Origin: Candidatus Gastranaerophilales bacterium
Lineage (GTDB): Bacteria > Cyanobacteriota > Vampirovibrionia > Gastranaerophilales > Gastranaerophilaceae
DNA: 64,000 nucleotides
Direction: 5' to 3'
Assembly: GCA_016287985.1 (NCBI GenBank)
Contig: JAEEXX010000001.1
Coordinates: 12,717 to 76,716, forward strand
The position numbers and the translations under genes are program-made. The notes beneath the pieces are model-generated. The model was not told the DNA's origin. It did not search any database and was given only the letters and a program-made list of their open reading frames with translations. Within the stretch, counting starts at the first letter, position 1; each line of letters starts with the position of its first letter. This document shows positions 9,630 through 19,456 of the stretch, one piece after another.

Positions 9630-9707
9630 TGGCGGGAACGACGAGGCTCGAACTCGCGACCTCATGCGTGACAGGCATGCGCTCTAACCAAACTGAGCTA
9701 CGCTCCC
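9630..9707 (-). tRNA. tRNA-Asp(GTC)
   Basis: GGGAGCGTAGCTCAGTTTGGTTAGAGCGCATGCCT-GTC-ACGCATGAGGTCGCGAGTTCGAGCCTCGTCGTTCCCGCCA cloverleaf with encoded CCA. Confidence 0.97.
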
Positions 9708-9761
9708 TTATTCAATTGTCACTAGTTAACTATAATATGCTAAATAAAATTTTGCAATAGT

Positions 9762-10706
9762 TTATTTCTGTTCCAGTTCAGCTTTTTTTAATCGTAATTG
9801 AATATCCTCAAGCAGTCTCCTGTTTATTGAAAGCAAATCTCCAATTATAGCAATAATTCCTATTTGAACCGCAGAAATTAAAAATATCGATGCAACTATC
9901 AACGACTGAATATGTCCTCTGCCAAAACCGTTCAAATAATAATACAAAAATCTGCATACAGGAAACAAACCGATTAAGAACAAAATTAAAGCTATTGTTA
10001 TAAAAAATCTAAAAGGTTTATACACAATAAACATTCTGATTGTTGTTTTTCCGGATTTAAAAATATATCCAAAAATATTTTTTACAAGCTTAGATTTCCT
10101 TGTTTCAGGATTTGTCCTGATTGGAACCGATTTAACCCTCAATCCTTTTGCTCCTGCCTGAACAAGAGTTTCCATTGTATAAGTGTAATTATCAAAAACA
10201 TTTATTTTTAATGCCGCTTCTCTGGAAAATGCCCTGAATCCGCTCGGAGCATCTTCTACCTCAGTTGATGATAAAAGCCGTAAAACCGCAGATCCTATTT
10301 TTTGAAATATTTTTTTTGTTAAAGAAAAATCCTTAATATTTATAATGTCTCGTGCTCCAACCACCATGTCCGACTCTTTTTCAAGAATTGGTTTTGTAAT
10401 CTTTTCTATGTCATCGGCACAATACTGGTTATCTGCATCTGTGTTAACAATTACATCTGCCCCTCTGATAAGAGCTTCCTTTATCCCTGTCTTAAATGCA
10501 TTTGCCAAGCCTTTATTGGTTTTTATATCTATTACTGCTGCACCCCAGTCCCTTGCTACTTTTGCAGAATTATCTGTTGAGCCGTCATTTATTACAAGAA
10601 TTTCTATTTCATCAAATCCATTTATCTTTTGCGGAATAGCATTTAATGTAGTAAGTATTGTCTCTTCTTCGTTATAACAAGGGATTTGAATAACCAATTT
10701 TGTCAC
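9762..10706 (-). CDS. GT2 glycosyltransferase (polyprenol-phosphate glycosyltransferase/DPM1-like)
   Basis: IPCYNEE, INDGSTD and TDADNQY motifs; two C-terminal TM helices. Confidence 0.92.
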   Translation of the reverse strand: MTKLVIQIPCYNEEETILTTLNAIPQKINGFDEIEILVINDGSTDNSAKVARDWGAAVIDIKTNKGLANAFKTGIKEALIRGADVIVNTDADNQYCADDIEKITKPILEKESDMVVGARDIINIKDFSLTKKIFQKIGSAVLRLLSSTEVEDAPSGFRAFSREAALKINVFDNYTYTMETLVQAGAKGLRVKSVPIRTNPETRKSKLVKNIFGYIFKSGKTTIRMFIVYKPFRFFITIALILFLIGLFPVCRFLYYYLNGFGRGHIQSLIVASIFLISAVQIGIIAIIGDLLSINRRLLEDIQLRLKKAELEQK

Positions 10707-10767
10707 AATTTATTTCCTTTTTTCATTACATGTTTTATTGTACAATAATCTTTAAGGAGTTGTAAAT

Positions 10768-12222
10768 TTGTATATTTTTCTTGTTATATTACTTGGTTTT
10801 TTGCTGAGACTTACTAATCTGATAAAGCCTGAAGGGCTTTGGAATGACGAATACGTTAGCTGGTTTATAGCTTCAACCCCTTTTAACCAAGGTTTTTGGC
10901 ATGAAATTTTTAAACAATGCCACATGCCTTTATATTATTTATATTTAAAACCGTTTTCCTTCTTTGGAGATACTATTTTAAGGCTGACCTCAGTAGTACC
11001 TTCCATAATTGCCATTTTTGTCATGTACTATGCGGGTAAAGAATATTCAAAAAAAACAGGTTTGATTTCCGCCACAATTACTGCAATACTACCTTTTTTG
11101 GTTTATTATTCGCAAGAAGTTCGCTTTTATTCTCTTGCTTTTCTTTTTTCTGCGTTAATGCTTTTATTTGCAATCCGAATTGTTAAGAATCCTGACAAAA
11201 AAAATATAATATTTTATTCCTTATCAACCATAATTCTAATTTTTACTCATGTCCTAGGCATAATCTTCGCATTTTTATTAACAGCATACTTAATCATAAA
11301 AAAGAAATGGATTTCTAAAAAAATAATATTTTCTACAAGTATCGTTTTAGTATTGGTATTTTTAATCGGATTAAATATTTTAAAACAATTACCGTCTTCA
11401 CAGTGGTGGGGCACATTTTCATATACAAACATACTGTTTTTGTTCAGTGATTTCTTTTCACCGATTTTGACAAATCACGTAAATGCACCTTCAATTTTTT
11501 ATTATAATTCTAACCCTGTATTCATTGCTTTAATAACAATTCCAACTTTGGTCGGTTTATTGGGATTAATTTTAGGATTCAAAAAAACAAAAGATTTTAT
11601 AATTATTTCTTTTATTCTTATTTTGATAATGGCATTATTAGCAATTACAGGAAAAATCGTTTTTATAACAAAATATTCCATAGAAATTCTTCCTATATTT
11701 ATTCTTGGATTTTCATGCGGATTGAGTGAAGAAAAAATAATTCATAAATTTTTGCTTTGTTTATTTGTATTTATTAATTTATTTTCTGTTTTTTTACCGT
11801 TATATCCCGCCAAAATGCCAAGAAATGAAGGGCATAAACTCCCAACAATCATTTTGAACGGACAAAAACCTGATAATATCATTTTTACATATTATGCGCC
11901 GGACAGATTTTTCAGATATTTAAAAACAGATTCCAAAATGAATCATATAAGCAAAATTAACCGCTCTGACTATATGGAAAATCCATCAGCAATTTTTAAT
12001 GGTATTAAATCAGGAGAAAGTGTTTCAATTGTGTTTTTAAACAGTGTAAGTTTTATTCCGCAAAACATGATTGAAAAAGCAAAAGAACAAAAACTCCCCG
12101 AGATGTTTATAACTTTTTCAAGCATACGACATAATCTTACTAAATATGCAACAGCCAATCTTAAAGAGATTAATTTGTCTAAGATTGGCAGTTGGACTAT
12201 ATTGAACGGAATTAAAAAATAA
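10768..12222 (+). CDS. GT-C fold glycosyltransferase (PMT/ArnT-like)
   Basis: LWNDE loop, HMPLYY and YYSQEVRFYSL motifs; multi-TM. Confidence 0.85.
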   Translation: MYIFLVILLGFLLRLTNLIKPEGLWNDEYVSWFIASTPFNQGFWHEIFKQCHMPLYYLYLKPFSFFGDTILRLTSVVPSIIAIFVMYYAGKEYSKKTGLISATITAILPFLVYYSQEVRFYSLAFLFSALMLLFAIRIVKNPDKKNIIFYSLSTIILIFTHVLGIIFAFLLTAYLIIKKKWISKKIIFSTSIVLVLVFLIGLNILKQLPSSQWWGTFSYTNILFLFSDFFSPILTNHVNAPSIFYYNSNPVFIALITIPTLVGLLGLILGFKKTKDFIIISFILILIMALLAITGKIVFITKYSIEILPIFILGFSCGLSEEKIIHKFLLCLFVFINLFSVFLPLYPAKMPRNEGHKLPTIILNGQKPDNIIFTYYAPDRFFRYLKTDSKMNHISKINRSDYMENPSAIFNGIKSGESVSIVFLNSVSFIPQNMIEKAKEQKLPEMFITFSSIRHNLTKYATANLKEINLSKIGSWTILNGIKK

Positions 12223-12238
12223 TCGGTTTAAATTTATC

Positions 12239-13165
12239 TTATTTACCGGCTAATTTTTGATCAACTTTATACTTTAAATTAGCTGCTAACAATTGACGCT
12301 GTTCTACGGAGAGCGCACTAAATTCTCTTTCTACGGCTCTTACAAGTGCCTCATCAGCATTTGAAGGATTTTTTACCAGATTATTTTCATAAATTCTCAT
12401 TGCCCTCGCAGCAGGCTTTGTTCCTGCAAGCTTGGTTAACTTATTTAAATTTACATATACTGTTGCGGGTATTACAGGCTTTACACTTACTTTTTGACTC
12501 TCCCATTTCGGAGGTTCTTTTGGAATACCGTAAACATATTCATATTCAGCTTCCAACCCTGCCTCTTTTACACGCTCAAGATTATGTCTTTTACCGTTTT
12601 CCAGCCTGCGCAGGCTCAAACGACGTTCCAATTCGCTTTCATTAGACAATTTTATTTCATCAAGATATTGTTTTTCTTGAGCTTTAGTAAGTTCTTTGCC
12701 ATATTTTGCTGCCTCATCCAGTATTTTTTGAGCTTTTTCACTGTGAAAATCTCTATTCATGGCATATTTTAGGACATCATCGCCTTCTTTCTGAACATTT
12801 AATAAGCGAGAATCATTGAGAGCATTCTCTCCGGCTTCTTGAAAATCTGTCCAACCGAGCTGATTAATTGCATGTAATGCTGTATAACAGTTAAGCGCTA
12901 CGATACGTTTAATCTGATCTAATAAATTTTTAAGCATATCCGAGTTAAATAATTCTTTTGCTTCTTTATCTTTTGATGCAATCTCAAGTACGTCATCGTA
13001 TGCTGCTTCAAACATTGTCCTGACATTCTCATCACCTCTTTGCGGGGACATCATCCTTGCAAGACTTTCATATCTGGAATACATTCTTTCTACCACCGGA
13101 AATTTTGGTAGTGTTTGATAAGCTGCTTTTGCTGTCGGTGTAAAAAATACTGGGGTTAGTGACAT
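12239..13165 (-). CDS. Hypothetical helical protein
   Basis: 308-aa ORF with AAGGAG RBS and an upstream GCAAA motif at 13202-13225. Confidence 0.7.
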   Translation of the reverse strand: MSLTPVFFTPTAKAAYQTLPKFPVVERMYSRYESLARMMSPQRGDENVRTMFEAAYDDVLEIASKDKEAKELFNSDMLKNLLDQIKRIVALNCYTALHAINQLGWTDFQEAGENALNDSRLLNVQKEGDDVLKYAMNRDFHSEKAQKILDEAAKYGKELTKAQEKQYLDEIKLSNESELERRLSLRRLENGKRHNLERVKEAGLEAEYEYVYGIPKEPPKWESQKVSVKPVIPATVYVNLNKLTKLAGTKPAARAMRIYENNLVKNPSNADEALVRAVEREFSALSVEQRQLLAANLKYKVDQKLAGK

Positions 13166-13352
13166 ATTTGCTCCTTTTTACTATACTGTACACATTATAG
13201 TAAAATCAGTAAAATTTTTATTTGCGCATTTTTTAACAATTCTTTACAATAACAACATAATTTGCCTGCCAAGCCAATATACCCCAGATATACTATTGAA
13301 ATAAACTAATTAGGTGATATAATATTTACATACAAGGATATAGGGAGGGCAT

Positions 13353-13541
13353 ATGGCAAGAGTATTAATATCAATGTCTAATGATTTTTTAACCAGAGTA
13401 GACAGTATTGCAACAAGCGAACAAAGAACGAGAAGCGAATTAATCAGGGAAGCTTTGCGCGTTTATATCAAGAGAAATAAAATTTCAAACAACGTGAAGG
13501 CTCAAGAAGATGCACAGCTTTTATCTGAATTGCTTGGTTAA
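13353..13541 (+). CDS. Ribbon-helix-helix (CopG family) protein
   Basis: MARVLISM...RTRSELIREALR; GGAGG RBS. Confidence 0.85.
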   Translation: MARVLISMSNDFLTRVDSIATSEQRTRSELIREALRVYIKRNKISNNVKAQEDAQLLSELLG

Positions 13542-13560
13542 AAATTAAATATTGTTCATA

Positions 13561-13589
13561 AAAAAGACGGCTATATGACCGTCTTTTTT
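13561..13589. terminator. Bidirectional terminator
   Basis: AAAAAGACGG...CCGTCTTTTT between convergent genes. Confidence 0.75.
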
Positions 13590-13607
13590 CATTGTTTATA
13601 GTTTTGT

Positions 13608-14693
13608 CTATTCCTTTTCCTTAATTTGTTTTGCATCGGCCAAATCGATATCGCTTACTTTTTCTTCTTTTTTTGCATCCTCAAGCTCAAGCTGTTTGTT
13701 GATTATAACAGTTTGAACAACCTGGAAGCAGTTGCTTGCAATCAAGTACAAAAGAACACCTGCCGGAATCGGAATAATGACAAAAGTAAATGTTAACATA
13801 ATAGGCATGAACGTATTCATTGACTTTTGCATTGCGGCTTGCGCAGGATCCTGATTTGCCGCCTTGTTCATAGACATCATGGCTTTTTGTGAAAGCACCA
13901 TTGTAACCGCAAAAAGAATTATCAGTAATAATACATCGTAATGGAATGAGGTTTTTACCTCTTTTGTCGGAACAGTTGCCGTTAAAATCCCGTCTTTTCT
14001 TATAAAATCAATAAGCTCAGTTTCTTTTGTCTGAACGTCCATAATATCAATTTGTGCCTTTTCAATTTGGTCAAGTTGGCTAAATTTTAAACTCAAATTA
14101 TCAAGGCTTATCTTAAAATCGATCTCTTCGCCAGGGTTTAGCTCACCCTGCACTTCAACCGCACGTTGAGGTTTTTCTATCTTGACCCCTTCAAGAGGTT
14201 CCTCAATACCTTTCAGATAAACCTTTGCAGTTTTGCCAGTCATAAATGTATCGTATTTTGAAACACCCAAAACTCCGTCATGAGAAATCCCCGCAGAAGT
14301 TTTAAGAGTAGCATCGAGTCTGTTTATAAATAAAAAATGGGAATCTCCTGCCATTTGTATAAATTGCGGGCTCATCAAGGTTGAATACAAAAGTATAAAT
14401 ATCGGCATCTGAATAAGCAAAGGAAAACATCCTGCCATCGGATTGAATTTATGTTCTTTATAGAACTCCATCATTTTTTGCTGCATCTTTTGAGGATCAC
14501 TTTTGTAGCGTTCCTGAATAGCCTTCATTTTAGGCTGTAAAAGCTGCATTGTTCTCATAGAACGCTGTTGAGATACCCCCAACGGCCACATTGCTGCTCT
14601 TATTATGATTGTCAGCAAAATAATACCAATACCATAACCGCCGACTATTGAAAGTGCCTTTAATATTTCTATTGTCAATGTTGTAAAATCCAT
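13608..14693 (-). CDS. yidC: Membrane protein insertase YidC
   Basis: YGIGIILLTIIIR, LQPKMKAIQERYK, NPMAGCFPLLIQMPI and PAGVLLY motifs. Confidence 0.95.
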   Translation of the reverse strand: MDFTTLTIEILKALSIVGGYGIGIILLTIIIRAAMWPLGVSQQRSMRTMQLLQPKMKAIQERYKSDPQKMQQKMMEFYKEHKFNPMAGCFPLLIQMPIFILLYSTLMSPQFIQMAGDSHFLFINRLDATLKTSAGISHDGVLGVSKYDTFMTGKTAKVYLKGIEEPLEGVKIEKPQRAVEVQGELNPGEEIDFKISLDNLSLKFSQLDQIEKAQIDIMDVQTKETELIDFIRKDGILTATVPTKEVKTSFHYDVLLLIILFAVTMVLSQKAMMSMNKAANQDPAQAAMQKSMNTFMPIMLTFTFVIIPIPAGVLLYLIASNCFQVVQTVIINKQLELEDAKKEEKVSDIDLADAKQIKEKE

Positions 14694-14791
14694 AATCTCT
14701 TCCTAAAAACCTTGTGATACTATAAAAAAGTCATAAATTAAAAATACTTTAAATATAGCTTAAAGTCAATTTACTAAAATAAAATGCAGAA

Positions 14792-14822
14792 CGAAGGGCG
14801 AAACCTACGGTTTCGCCCTTCG
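14792..14822 (-). terminator. Hairpin/terminator after fliN
   Basis: CGAAGGGCGAAACC-TAC-GGTTTCGCCCTTCG, 14-bp stem. Confidence 0.7.
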
Positions 14823-14838
14823 CTTATAAAATAAATTG

Positions 14839-15306
14839 TTATTCGTGCTGTGTACCGTTTCCTATAGAATTAAGCCTTCGAGCCGGATCAGTAATATGAG
14901 TAATTCTCAATCCAAAGTTATCTTCAATAACAACAACTTCCCCATAAGCTATCAACTTCCCGTTCGCATACAACTCTACAGGTTCACCGGCTGCTTTGTG
15001 TAAAGTTACAATTGAGCCTTTGGTCAACTCAAGAACTTTTTTAATCGGAAGTTCCGTGCGTCCCAACTCAACTGTTAACTGCAACTTGATATCCAAAAGA
15101 ATGTTCAAATTTTGATTTTGCGGACCTTGAACTTGTTCCAAATCCTCGAACGAAGCGAACTGAACCGGCTGAACCGTTACAGGAGAATCTTCATGTTCAT
15201 CGGCTTCAGGTTTCTCTTCCGGTTCAACAGTTTTAGAATTAACTTCTTCTTCTGAAGAAGTTTCTTCGTTGTTTAATTCATCTTTTAAATCATCATCTCC
15301 AGGCAT
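14839..15306 (-). CDS. fliN: Flagellar motor switch protein FliN
   Basis: LLDIKLQLTVELGRT...AGEPVELYANGKLIAYGEVVVIEDNFGLRIT. Confidence 0.95.
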   Translation of the reverse strand: MPGDDDLKDELNNEETSSEEEVNSKTVEPEEKPEADEHEDSPVTVQPVQFASFEDLEQVQGPQNQNLNILLDIKLQLTVELGRTELPIKKVLELTKGSIVTLHKAAGEPVELYANGKLIAYGEVVVIEDNFGLRITHITDPARRLNSIGNGTQHE

Positions 15307-15319
15307 ATTTTAGTCCTCT

Positions 15320-16279
15320 CTAGAAATCATTTCTCAGTAATATATCTGTTATTTTAACACATATAGTATCTTTTATCGTACCGGGTCTTGCAAAAAACTT
15401 CTTTTCCCCGTTTACTTTTACTATTAAATCATCTTGTACCTTATTATCAAGTTTTATGATATCGCCTTCAGTAAGCTGTAAAAAATCATCCAAGGTTATA
15501 CTGCATGAACCAAATTGAACTCTCAAATCTACATTTGAAGAGTTGAGTTTAGAAATCATTTTTAAACGTTCATCATTTGATGCCGTTAAACCTTTAGTTT
15601 GGAATATATGCTGCGTGCTCAAATGTGTAAGAACGGTTTCCAAAACCGGATATGGGAAACAAATGCTGAATAACCCGTAATGTTTTCCGGCTATTTGTAC
15701 TTCAAACGTCAAAAGCGCAACAATTTCACCTGCAGTTGCGACTTGGATTGACTGATAATTATCATCAAGACTTATAAACTTTCCCGTTACAGGAATAATT
15801 GTATTCCATGAATCTTCCAAAGATTGAATTATTATATTAATAACTTTTTTAGCAAGAGCTTTCTCAATATCTGTAAGTTCTCGTGATTGTACATCTACGG
15901 TACCAATACCTCCCAGCATACGATTAACAATACAAGAAAGCACTTCAAAACTTATTCCGAGGAGGATTTGACCTGACAATGGTTCAAATTCAAAAACGCC
16001 AACACTTATTGGAGAAGGCATTGAACGAACAAATTCTTCATATGTAAGCTGATCAACAGAAACAATTTCTATCTCTACCCTCATACGAAGATAACCACTC
16101 AAAATCAGCGAAATTGCCTTTGAAAATTCACGGTGAATATCTCTAAGCGCACGTAAATTATCCTTAGAAAATTTATCCGGACGTCTAAAATTGTAGAGTT
16201 TATAACTCTTATGTTCAGACTCATCCGATCCGGTAACGGAATTTATAGAATTGTTTACAAGTTCTTGATTTTCTGACAT
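15320..16279 (-). CDS. fliM: Flagellar motor switch protein FliM
   Basis: YNFRRPDKFSKD, VDQLTYEEF and RELTDIE motifs; C-terminal SpoA domain. Confidence 0.95.
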   Translation of the reverse strand: MSENQELVNNSINSVTGSDESEHKSYKLYNFRRPDKFSKDNLRALRDIHREFSKAISLILSGYLRMRVEIEIVSVDQLTYEEFVRSMPSPISVGVFEFEPLSGQILLGISFEVLSCIVNRMLGGIGTVDVQSRELTDIEKALAKKVINIIIQSLEDSWNTIIPVTGKFISLDDNYQSIQVATAGEIVALLTFEVQIAGKHYGLFSICFPYPVLETVLTHLSTQHIFQTKGLTASNDERLKMISKLNSSNVDLRVQFGSCSITLDDFLQLTEGDIIKLDNKVQDDLIVKVNGEKKFFARPGTIKDTICVKITDILLRNDF

Positions 16280-16287
16280 GCTAAACC

Positions 16288-16890
16288 CTATTGAATAATA
16301 AACTGTCCAAAACTTACCCTAAGTACTTCTCTTTCTCCGCCAAGAATTGAATTTATATCATTTGAGATTTGTTCTTTTGCAAGCTCTTTTCCGGCTGCAG
16401 AGGATAATTCTGCAGAAGTCTTGCTGGAAAGATTTGTAATTACGGCATCTCTTATTGCCGGTTTAAATTGATTCATTTCAGCTTGGATAGCATCCATCGG
16501 ATCCACTTTCGCAGGTGCTTCTCCATGACCATGACCGCCTTTACTTGCATTTGGATCTTCCTTCGGAAAATCTGTATCTTTTTGAGAAACTTCTATAGCA
16601 ACATTGACTTTTAAATATTTTTTCTGGCTCTCATCACATAAATTAAGAATAAAGTCACCAAGATCAACCACTATACCACGTTGGATTTCATCTCCCTCCG
16701 CATCCTCTTCATCAAGTTCTTCCTGCGGAAGATTAAGTTTTTCCATTTTTGATGAAACCAAATTATCAACAACAAGATAATTAACCCCGGCAAATACGAC
16801 ACATAGAAGAACTGTCGATACTAAGCTTATTATCAAATATTTATTTATTTCACCACCATTGGTTTTTACTGGTTCATTTTCGTTTGCCAT
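16288..16890 (-). CDS. fliL: Flagellar basal body-associated protein FliL
   Basis: Single TM; FILNL...YLKV...IRDAVI..LSSKT...GKE.AKEQI...V.F..FIIQ; start at ATG 16890 after GGAG. Confidence 0.9.
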   Translation of the reverse strand: MANENEPVKTNGGEINKYLIISLVSTVLLCVVFAGVNYLVVDNLVSSKMEKLNLPQEELDEEDAEGDEIQRGIVVDLGDFILNLCDESQKKYLKVNVAIEVSQKDTDFPKEDPNASKGGHGHGEAPAKVDPMDAIQAEMNQFKPAIRDAVITNLSSKTSAELSSAAGKELAKEQISNDINSILGGEREVLRVSFGQFIIQ

Positions 16891-16891
16891 A

Positions 16892-17416
16892 CTATTCTCC
16901 ACTTATTTTACACAGTATAATTATATCAATTCTGTTCAATAACTTACCACCATTATTTGATGTATTCTTTGGCAGAAATTCTCCATACCCCACAGAATGT
17001 AACCTGTCCCTGATATTTTTATCCGACCTTCGAAATTCTTTCTCAACATTATTAGCTATAACCGTTGAAACTTCCCAGTTTTTTAACCCGTAGGGTCTGT
17101 TTGGAAAAGGATCTTCTATGTGTACTTCTATTATAACAGGATTTTTAATTTTTGCCAAAAACACTTGAATTTTTGATATGTAATTTATTGTCCTTTCACT
17201 CAACCTCTCTATTTCTTCCGACGGGTTTTTAATTCCAAAACTTAGAACTATACCGCGAGCATCTCTGTCAATAAAGATATTTTTGTTATATAGCGATATT
17301 TTGGCACTTGCATACAACGCATTAATACATTCATCATTTAGTATGTATTCATAATCATATGCAAACACCGGAAGTGTCAATATTATTATAATAAATATAT
17401 AAATATAACATCGCAC
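16892..17416 (-). CDS. MotB/OmpA-like peptidoglycan-binding domain protein
   Basis: DARGIVLS, IIEVH, NWEVST..AN.V, RLHSVGYGEF.P and NRIDIII motifs. Confidence 0.75.
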   Translation of the reverse strand: MRCYIYIFIIIILTLPVFAYDYEYILNDECINALYASAKISLYNKNIFIDRDARGIVLSFGIKNPSEEIERLSERTINYISKIQVFLAKIKNPVIIEVHIEDPFPNRPYGLKNWEVSTVIANNVEKEFRRSDKNIRDRLHSVGYGEFLPKNTSNNGGKLLNRIDIIILCKISGE

Positions 17417-17521
17417 TTAAGAATTATTAAGCATCACATTAGCAATTTGTATTGCTTTACCGTTTAAATATTTTTTATTAACTTCGTTGATTCATTTTGT
17501 TTATATAACTATAATGTATCT

Positions 17522-19171
17522 ATGGGGAAATTTGATATTTTTAATAAATTTAATAGTGCTGTCATCATAATTGATGACAAAAAAGATGTCGTTTTTAAAA
17601 ATAATCTTTTTAAAAGGACCTTCTCTGACTTTTCAACATTAAAAAGTTTTTCCCATAAATTGGATTGCACAGTATACGCACTTGAAAGTAATGATGTATC
17701 TGTAACTTCTCCGATTATTCAGGCAATTAATTCTCCTGAAGATTTTTCTGCTCATGTTTATTATCAAACCTCAAATAGTAGATACTTGTATTTTGATATG
17801 TCTGCTTCCAAAAAAGGAAAATACAACATAATTGTATTTACGGATGTAACGTCAAAAATCGAATGCGAAAATTTAACAGAAAAATTTATTAATTCTAAAA
17901 AAAGCATTGAAAACTTGAAATATGAAAATGAAAATTTAGTAAAAATTAAAAAACAGGCGCAATCCCAAGCAATGAAATTACTCCTTTTAAACAACATATC
18001 AAATATTATTAGGAGTTATGTGGATACATCTAAAATAATAAGTTCTGCACTGAAAGAATTGTCCGAATTGTTTGCATCTTTTAAAGCTTATTATGCAATA
18101 TATTCTAACGATATGAACGCTTATATTATTAACAAATCTTTAAATAAGAAAGATATCGGTTTGAAAATAACTTTTGATGAAAAAACAGAAAAAAATATTT
18201 CATACGCAAAAGTGTTTGTTTCATCATGTATGAAAGAATATACAGAAGCGAAACCTTTTAAAGAACTCGTACAAAGAGTTATTTTACCTATCTACCACCG
18301 TAATAACAAAATGGGAGTAATTGTTCTTTTAACAAAACAAAAAACAAAATTGAATGATGCTCTCGAAGTTTTGGATGGAGTTGCTGTTCAACTCGGAAAT
18401 GCCATCATCCAAGCAGAACTGTATGAAAAAGATGCAAGAATGGTAAAAGAATTAAAAAATGCTCTAAAAGAATTAAAAGAGGCTCAATTACAACTTATAA
18501 ATTCCGAGAAAATGGCATCACTCGGTCAACTTATCGCCGGCGTTGCACATGAAATAAATACACCGCTTGCATCAATAAAGTCTAATAATGAAATCGCAGC
18601 CAAAATTATCAAAAATATGCACAACAAAAATTCTGAATTATTAACAGAAATTGTTAATATAGACAGAGAAGCTATCGCAAGAATTAACGGGCTAGTCGTA
18701 TCACTTCGCAAGTTTGTACGTTTGGATGAAGCTGAATTGCAAGAAGCAAATATAAACAAAGAGATTGATTTAACCCTTGATTTAATACGTCATGAAACAA
18801 AAAACGGAATAAATATTATTAAAAATTATTCAGAGATTCCACCTATAAAATGTTACCCCAACATGCTTAACCAAGTTTTTATGAATATACTTGTAAATGC
18901 TGTTCAGGCAATGAACGGGAAGGGTATACTAACTATTGACACGAATTTTATAAACAACAATCTGATTGTAAAAATTAAAGACACAGGATGCGGAATAAAA
19001 GAACCCGATAAAATATTTTTTGCGGGATATACTACAAAAAGTTCCGGTATTGGAACCGGCTTGGGGCTTGCCATTGCACAAAAAATAATTGAAAAACATA
19101 ATGGAAAAATTGACGTTAAAACCAAAATTGGAAAGGGTAGCGAATTTATTATTACTATCCCTGGTGAGTAG
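17522..19171 (+). CDS. Sensor histidine kinase (PAS-like, GAF, HisKA, HATPase)
   Basis: SEKMASLGQLIAGVAHEINTPL H-box; N, G1 (DTGCGI) and G2 (GTGLGL) boxes. Confidence 0.93.
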   Translation: MGKFDIFNKFNSAVIIIDDKKDVVFKNNLFKRTFSDFSTLKSFSHKLDCTVYALESNDVSVTSPIIQAINSPEDFSAHVYYQTSNSRYLYFDMSASKKGKYNIIVFTDVTSKIECENLTEKFINSKKSIENLKYENENLVKIKKQAQSQAMKLLLLNNISNIIRSYVDTSKIISSALKELSELFASFKAYYAIYSNDMNAYIINKSLNKKDIGLKITFDEKTEKNISYAKVFVSSCMKEYTEAKPFKELVQRVILPIYHRNNKMGVIVLLTKQKTKLNDALEVLDGVAVQLGNAIIQAELYEKDARMVKELKNALKELKEAQLQLINSEKMASLGQLIAGVAHEINTPLASIKSNNEIAAKIIKNMHNKNSELLTEIVNIDREAIARINGLVVSLRKFVRLDEAELQEANINKEIDLTLDLIRHETKNGINIIKNYSEIPPIKCYPNMLNQVFMNILVNAVQAMNGKGILTIDTNFINNNLIVKIKDTGCGIKEPDKIFFAGYTTKSSGIGTGLGLAIAQKIIEKHNGKIDVKTKIGKGSEFIITIPGE

Positions 19172-19456
19172 TAAATGTTTAGTTTTGTAAAGCTGTATTT
19201 TTCTTTTAGATAAAGGGATATGTCTATTTTATAGAATAATATTTTTAAAATTTTAAAAAAATATCCGGTGTGGCGGGTATAAATTTTATAAAATATGTTA
19301 TACTGACTATTGCAAATGATTAAGTGTATTTTTTACGCTAAAAATCTTTTGTAACAATTTCTTCACATATTAAAAAAAAGGGGCAATTTTTTCCCACTCA
19401 ATAACTTAATATAACTGTGTAGAAGTTTAGATATTTACTTTAACGGAGGTTTGTGA

